Shown: piece by piece, positions 60,333 through 64,000 of the stretch | Layout of the letters: each line of letters starts with the position of its first letter | How positions within the stretch are numbered: the first letter of the stretch is position 1 | Origin: Bradymonadia bacterium | Lineage (GTDB): Bacteria > Myxococcota_A > Bradymonadia > UBA7976 > UBA1532 | Reading direction: 5' to 3' | DNA length: 64,000 nucleotides | Assembly (NCBI GenBank): GCA_046290225.1 | Contig: JBKAGE010000040.1 | Span: 32,001 to 96,000 of the forward strand | Position numbers and translations under genes: made by a program | Notes under the pieces: generated by a model | The model's database searches: none | The model's input: only the letters and a program-made list of their open reading frames with translations | Told to the model about the DNA's origin: nothing

Positions 60333-63300
60333 TTGAAGCGACTGCGCATTGTCACTGATCTCGAGCCCCTCGCCGGGGCACTGCTCAAGACCTTCGAAGA
60401 ACTCGACCTGGACCAGGTGGACCACCACCGCACGGCAGTCGATCGCCTCGAGCTGAGGTATCGGGAGGGCGAAGGCGAAGCCAGGCTCACCCAGATCCTC
60501 GACTGCATCAAACCGCTGCAGCCCTCAGTCCTCATGGACGCACGCCTCACTGAGGCCGATCTCGAGCTCTACCTCGGCGATCAGAAGGGCCTCAGCGATT
60601 GGAAGGTGAAGATCTACTCCGACTCGGAGGGGGTGGCTCAGTCATTCCGGGGCTTCGCCCGGGAGATGGGCTTCGCCGACGCAGGCCAGGAGATGGGTTT
60701 CCAGAAGCAGGCGTTGCTGGCCTATGGCGGCGCGAGCCCCTTCGCTCGACAGGTGCTGCGCTGGTTCGCCGCCAGTCAGGGCGTACATCTCACCGAAGAG
60801 AAGCGGTGGGGTGACGACGATCACGACATCTGGCTCTACATCCCCGATCCGGTGCTCGCCGACAAGCGCCCCCGAGAGCGCTTCGAGGTGGAGGTGGTCT
60901 GCGATGAGTACGAGCGAGGCCGCGCAGTCATGGGCCTCCTGGAGAAAGCGGGCTTCGAGCGGCTCACTCTACGCGTAATGGATGTGGAGGACGCCCGCCA
61001 CAGCAAGTTCACCATCGAGCCCGGGGCGTTTCGAAAGGGCACCGGCCTCGAAGACTTCGAGCTGATGCAGAGGGTGGTGGCGGAGCACCTCGAAGACGCA
61101 GGCCTCGATCCGGCCCGTTACCCCCTCGAGGTCGAGGGGGACGAGGACAACCTCAAGGCCCGCGTCATTCTGCCCCTGGGCATCTACGCCCGGGGCGAGC
61201 TGCCACCCTACGTCGGCGACATCCCTGAGCGCTTCTCGGTGACGCTGCGCACTGACGACCTCAACGGCGTGCGCACGCTCCAGTCTCAGCTCCAGGGCAT
61301 GGGCTTCCACCGCGTCGCTGTAGAGATGGCGGGCTCCCGGTTGCTGGGATTCCAGATTCAGTGGGGCAGCGCCAGGGACGCGTACGACGTCCGCGGCCAG
61401 GTCAAAGAGCTGATCGAGCGACAGATGGAAGAGTTGTCGGTGCCCACCGACATGGAGCTCTTCACCACCTTCGCCAGCAGCGGGGGCCAGAGCGCCTCGG
61501 AGATCGTCATCGACTTCCCCACCACGGGCCTCGACGACGGTCGCCTCAAGCGCCGTCTGGAGATGGCCTGTAACGAGTGGGAGTTCACCTTCAAGGCCCC
61601 TGATCCCGATCAGTACCGCCCGGTCACCGACGCCATGCGCACCTTGCAGTGGAAGTCCTTCGAGACCGAGCACGAGTCGATCAGCGAGCCTCGCATCAAA
61701 TACGGCGGCGCCCCGCCGGCTCTGGTGGCCTGGATCCGAGAGCAGGTGCACCGCCTGTCGGGCACCCGGGCAGAGCTCGACAAGGCCTGGGACAACGATG
61801 ACGACGACATCTGGGTTTGCCTGCCAGCGCCCGGAGAGGAGACCGTCGACACCCCCGGGCCCATCGATCTGTCGAGCTGGTTCGAAGATCGAGAAGATGC
61901 CCCGGTGCCCTTCCTCGAGATCGGCGCCCAGGCGATCCGGGTCGGCGAGGTCACCCTGCGCCGCCGCCCCCAGGGCGGCACCGACAGCGGCCTGGTGCCC
62001 GAGGCAGAGCAGTTCCTGCACTACTGCCTCGATCAGCGCACCGCGGAGACGATCAGCCATGTGGCCCTGAGCGTCTCGCTCTCGGAGCCGTGCCTGCTCG
62101 AGGGTGAGACGAGCACCTCGAAGACCAGCAGCGTGCTCTACCTCGCCTCTCTGCTCAACCAGCCGGTGGTGCGCCTGAACCTCAATGGGCAGACCGACAC
62201 CGGAGAGCTGATCGGCCGGTTCCTGCCCGAGAGCCTCACCCGATTGCCGGTGGAGCCCGAAGAGTTGCTGGCCCACCGGGACGATCTCAAAGCGTCGACG
62301 GTGCAGCTGCTCGAGCGTGCCCTCGGCGAGGGCCGGGATCTCACCGAGGTCGAGGTGCAGCAGATCATCCGCGACGAAGATCTGCCCACTCGGCCCTGGC
62401 GCTGGCAGGACGGCCTCGTCGTCGGCGCCATGAAGCGAGGCTGGTGGGTGGTGCTCGACGAGCTCAACCTTGCCGAGCCGCAGATCCTCGAGCGCCTGAA
62501 CTCCGTGCTCGAGCGCACGCCGTCGTTGGTGCTCACGGAGCACGACAACTCGGTCCTCGGCCCTGGTGGGGCGCCGGTGCACCCGAACTTCCGCATCTTC
62601 GCCACCATGAATCCTGCGGAATACGCCGGCCGCACCGCCCTGTCGCCGGCCTACCGCGACCGCTGGACGGGCTACCGCTACGTGAGCAGCCCCGGGGAGG
62701 CCGAGTACCTGGCCATGCTGCGGTTCCTCGTCTATGGGGCCCAACCCGAGGTGGGCCTCTATGGTGCCGCCTTCACGGGCCCGGCCATCGAGGGCCCTGC
62801 CCCCATGGCCAACCTCGCAGATCTGCCCTACATCGACGCCTTCCTCGAGGCCCTCGCCCGCTTCCACGCGGCGCTGGAGAGCGCAGTGGGCCGCAGCGAG
62901 GATCGAGCGCCTCTGCTCGGCGCCCGACGCAAAGAGCGATACGTCTTCACCCGCCGCGGCCTGCTCTCGGTGATGGACTATCTGAGCCGGATCACCGCGA
63001 GCCACGGCACCGACGCCAACGGCGCCACCCGGGCGATGCGCATGTCGCTGGCCCGTTACTACCTCGGCCGTATCTCGTCACCGGAAGACCAGCAGACAGT
63101 GGCCCGCCTGCTCGACGCCGCAGGCATCGGCCCCAACACATGGTCCCCTGGCGAAGCCGAGGAAGACGAAGAGCAGCCCCAGACCGAGAGCCGACGGGCC
63201 ACCGTGGAAATCCACGACCCGTCTGACGCCCCAGAGCTCACCGAGTTCGTCTTGAGAGAGCTCGGACCACGGAAGATCTCCATCCTCAAGGAGATCAGAT

Positions 63301-63497
63301 CGCTCACCGGTGACAGCATCAAGCGGACCAAGCTCCTCCTGGACAGTCTCCCCGCATCGTTCTCGGTCCGGGTGAGTCGCCCTGAGGCGATGTCCATCGT
63401 GAAGCGTTTCGAAGGTCTCGGCGCCCGCATGAGCTTCAAGCGGCCCACCCGACCGCCAGAGCCGTCAAAGGTGAGCGATGACGACATCCCCTTCTGA
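60333..63497 (+). CDS. MoxR/dynein-related AAA+ ATPase with N-terminal tandem repeats, L7/L12-CTD-like domain and DDDIPF tail
   Basis: LLEGETSTSKT, RLNLNGQTD, WQDG, LDELNLA..ILERLNSVLE, HPNFRIFATMNP, LSPAYRDRW. C-terminal GPRKISILKEIRSLTG...GLGA, then DDDIPF*. Confidence 0.82.
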   Translation: MKRLRIVTDLEPLAGALLKTFEELDLDQVDHHRTAVDRLELRYREGEGEARLTQILDCIKPLQPSVLMDARLTEADLELYLGDQKGLSDWKVKIYSDSEGVAQSFRGFAREMGFADAGQEMGFQKQALLAYGGASPFARQVLRWFAASQGVHLTEEKRWGDDDHDIWLYIPDPVLADKRPRERFEVEVVCDEYERGRAVMGLLEKAGFERLTLRVMDVEDARHSKFTIEPGAFRKGTGLEDFELMQRVVAEHLEDAGLDPARYPLEVEGDEDNLKARVILPLGIYARGELPPYVGDIPERFSVTLRTDDLNGVRTLQSQLQGMGFHRVAVEMAGSRLLGFQIQWGSARDAYDVRGQVKELIERQMEELSVPTDMELFTTFASSGGQSASEIVIDFPTTGLDDGRLKRRLEMACNEWEFTFKAPDPDQYRPVTDAMRTLQWKSFETEHESISEPRIKYGGAPPALVAWIREQVHRLSGTRAELDKAWDNDDDDIWVCLPAPGEETVDTPGPIDLSSWFEDREDAPVPFLEIGAQAIRVGEVTLRRRPQGGTDSGLVPEAEQFLHYCLDQRTAETISHVALSVSLSEPCLLEGETSTSKTSSVLYLASLLNQPVVRLNLNGQTDTGELIGRFLPESLTRLPVEPEELLAHRDDLKASTVQLLERALGEGRDLTEVEVQQIIRDEDLPTRPWRWQDGLVVGAMKRGWWVVLDELNLAEPQILERLNSVLERTPSLVLTEHDNSVLGPGGAPVHPNFRIFATMNPAEYAGRTALSPAYRDRWTGYRYVSSPGEAEYLAMLRFLVYGAQPEVGLYGAAFTGPAIEGPAPMANLADLPYIDAFLEALARFHAALESAVGRSEDRAPLLGARRKERYVFTRRGLLSVMDYLSRITASHGTDANGATRAMRMSLARYYLGRISSPEDQQTVARLLDAAGIGPNTWSPGEAEEDEEQPQTESRRATVEIHDPSDAPELTEFVLRELGPRKISILKEIRSLTGDSIKRTKLLLDSLPASFSVRVSRPEAMSIVKRFEGLGARMSFKRPTRPPEPSKVSDDDIPF

Positions 63498-63504
63498 TCC
63501 CACG

Positions 63505-64000
63505 GTGGATCCCAAGACGGGCTCTGAGGCACCCGATGCCAAGGCTCGCGCGGCATCTTCCTCTGTTACGCATCGCCCCATCACCCACAGCCAGCGTCTC
63601 GCGGCCAATCAGCTCGCCGCCATCGCCGCAGGGCTCTGCCAGGATGCAGGCATCGGCCTCGAGGTGCATCAGGGGGGCTGGGCCTTCGACACTGTACGTC
63701 GGGTGATTCTGGTGTCAGCGAAGGCCCTCGCCGAGGACGGCCCCGAGGTCTGCGCCGGTATCCTGGCCCATGAGGTGGGCCACTACTTCATCAGCCGCTA
63801 CACGTGGTTCGCCCTCGAGCATCTCGCGCTGCCCTCGATCCACCTGCTGCTCAACGGCATCGAAGATCCACGGGTGAACCGTTGGATGCCCACCCGCTAC
63901 CCGGGCTCGGGGCCGTGGCTGCAGGCGGTCTATGCCCATGAGTCCCGTACCCGCGACAAGGCAGTCACGGCGCCGGACTTCATCTTGTTCTGCCTCGAAT
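63505..64000 (+). CDS. HEXXH zincin-like protein, probable MoxR partner (3' end outside window)
   Basis: Hand translation from GTG 63505 is open to the window end and contains CAGILAHEVGHY and LLNGIEDPRVN. Not in the ORF track because it is truncated. Confidence 0.75.
   Translation, partial: MDPKTGSEAPDAKARAASSSVTHRPITHSQRLAANQLAAIAAGLCQDAGIGLEVHQGGWAFDTVRRVILVSAKALAEDGPEVCAGILAHEVGHYFISRYTWFALEHLALPSIHLLLNGIEDPRVNRWMPTRYPGSGPWLQAVYAHESRTRDKAVTAPDFILFCLE

Noticed and set aside
63240..63437. Ribosomal protein gene rplL
   Set aside because: Only a C-terminal-domain-like segment fused in frame to an AAA protein; no rplJ/rpoB context.

Overview
High-GC, gene-dense bacterial chromosomal window with about 50 CDS. 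The content suggests a Myxococcota/deltaproteobacterial-type genome (FHA-sigma54 activator, Cys-rich lipoproteins, globin-coupled kinase); that taxonomy is an inference. I recognised no rRNA, tRNA, CRISPR array or transposase. Main blocks in order: (1) FG-GAP surface protein; (2) globin-coupled kinase phosphorelay; (3) AAC(3)-family transferase, adenylation enzyme, carrier protein, DUF4910 and methyltransferase cluster; (4) FHA, LMF1, Cys-rich lipoprotein, GspC-like and GT2-TPR gene string; (5) sodium:solute symporter plus GH63; (6) protease, PhoD and patatin; (7) three MscS-family genes around an ECF sigma factor, with a shared ECF-type promoter motif; (8) sigma54 activator divergent from a -24/-12 promoter, a structured leader and a TROVE/vWA-like gene, converging on a DUF924-FSH1-LRR fusion; (9) MCP broken by one TAG; (10) pncB-prs-nadE operon with no nadD; (11) ATPase plus TPR pair; (12) His-rich leader with a RAPP motif ahead of two lipoproteins and a TonB-dependent receptor; (13) MoxR-type AAA protein ending in an L7/L12-like domain and a DDDIPF tail, followed by an HEXXH partner cut by the window edge. 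Three distinct palindromic intergenic elements lie at about 20.5, 27.9 and 34.4 kb. Best candidates for undescribed systems are blocks 12, 13 and 8. All product calls come from motif recognition by eye; no database searches were run.
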